DNA of 32,000 bases from Candidatus Saccharimonadota bacterium (GTDB lineage: Bacteria; Patescibacteriota; Saccharimonadia; Saccharimonadales; Saccharimonadaceae), in assembly GCA_025349965.1 (NCBI GenBank), contig CP075337.1:1-32000 (forward strand), in the 5' to 3' direction. The notes under the pieces are model-generated. The model did no database searches, had not been told where the DNA came from, and was given only the letters and a program-made list of their open reading frames with translations. Both the position numbers and the translations under genes were made by a program. This document shows, piece after piece, positions 31,788 to 32,000 of this stretch (positions are counted from its first letter, which is position 1; each line of letters begins with the position of its first letter).

Positions 31788-31901
31788 TTTTCCACAACCA
31801 TAAAAGGGTTATTTATGTAGTTGAAGTATAAAAGAGGACTTATCCACAATTCGGTATTACCTCTATGAAATTGTGGATAACCTATGCTGATTTGGGGATA
31901 A
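31788..31901. other. DnaA-box cluster upstream of dnaA (second oriC segment and dnaA autoregulatory region)
   Basis: Perfect boxes TTATCCACA at 31840-31848 and TGTGGATAA at 31872-31880. One-mismatch boxes TTTTCCACA at 31788-31796 and TGGGGATAA at 31893-31901. Confidence 0.7.
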
Positions 31902-32000
31902 CCTCTATTGCCAGGCAATGTAATGGAATTAAAATCAAACGTTGTATTTTGCGGCACGATTGATTTATAGGGGTAAATAGTGTATACTAACGAAGATATG

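Noticed and set aside
31958-32000. A possible gene start (rpmH-like, divergent from dnaA) at the terminal ATG 31998-32000, downstream of a TATACT
   Set aside because: Only three coding bases fall inside the window, so there is no way to support a gene call.
1-32000. CRISPR arrays, rRNA genes, IS elements or transposases, prophage genes and toxin-antitoxin pairs
   Set aside because: I saw no regularly spaced direct repeats, no rRNA-like conserved blocks, and no ORFs with transposase, integrase or phage hallmarks. The only repeated sequences are the diverged pilin paralogs and the two tRNA-Ser genes.

Overview
This window reads as the origin-proximal chromosome of a small, very gene-dense bacterium that uses the standard code (TGA acts as a stop). 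From gene content and compaction I infer a Patescibacteria/CPR, Saccharibacteria-like organism; I could not run any homology search. Layout: 1-11 kb holds housekeeping genes: a decayed amidinotransferase-like gene, murE, a large secreted SGNH hydrolase, tsaD, a FemAB-family transferase, valS, rlmH and a HIT protein. 11-15 kb holds three tRNAs (Arg-GCG, Ser-GCU, Ser-UGA), several P/Q-rich membrane proteins of unknown function, comFC, hsp20 and one orphan pilin-like gene. 15.1-27.9 kb is the main item, a type IV secretion system (T4SS)-like locus. It has five tandem VirB2/TrbC-like pilin paralogs on the - strand. Divergent from them is a six-gene + strand operon: a bitopic unknown, a giant VirB6-like protein, an extended PrgI/VirB3-like protein, an unknown that looks like a free-standing VirB4 N-domain, a VirB4 ATPase, and a giant M23 peptidase membrane protein. 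No coupling protein, relaxase or integrase is visible. 27.9-32 kb holds recF-dnaN-dnaA, with DnaA-box clusters on both sides of dnaA and a DnaA-trio-like element, which I take to be oriC. I saw no rRNA, CRISPR array, transposase or phage genes. All calls rest on reading the ORF translations, motifs and nucleotide patterns by eye.
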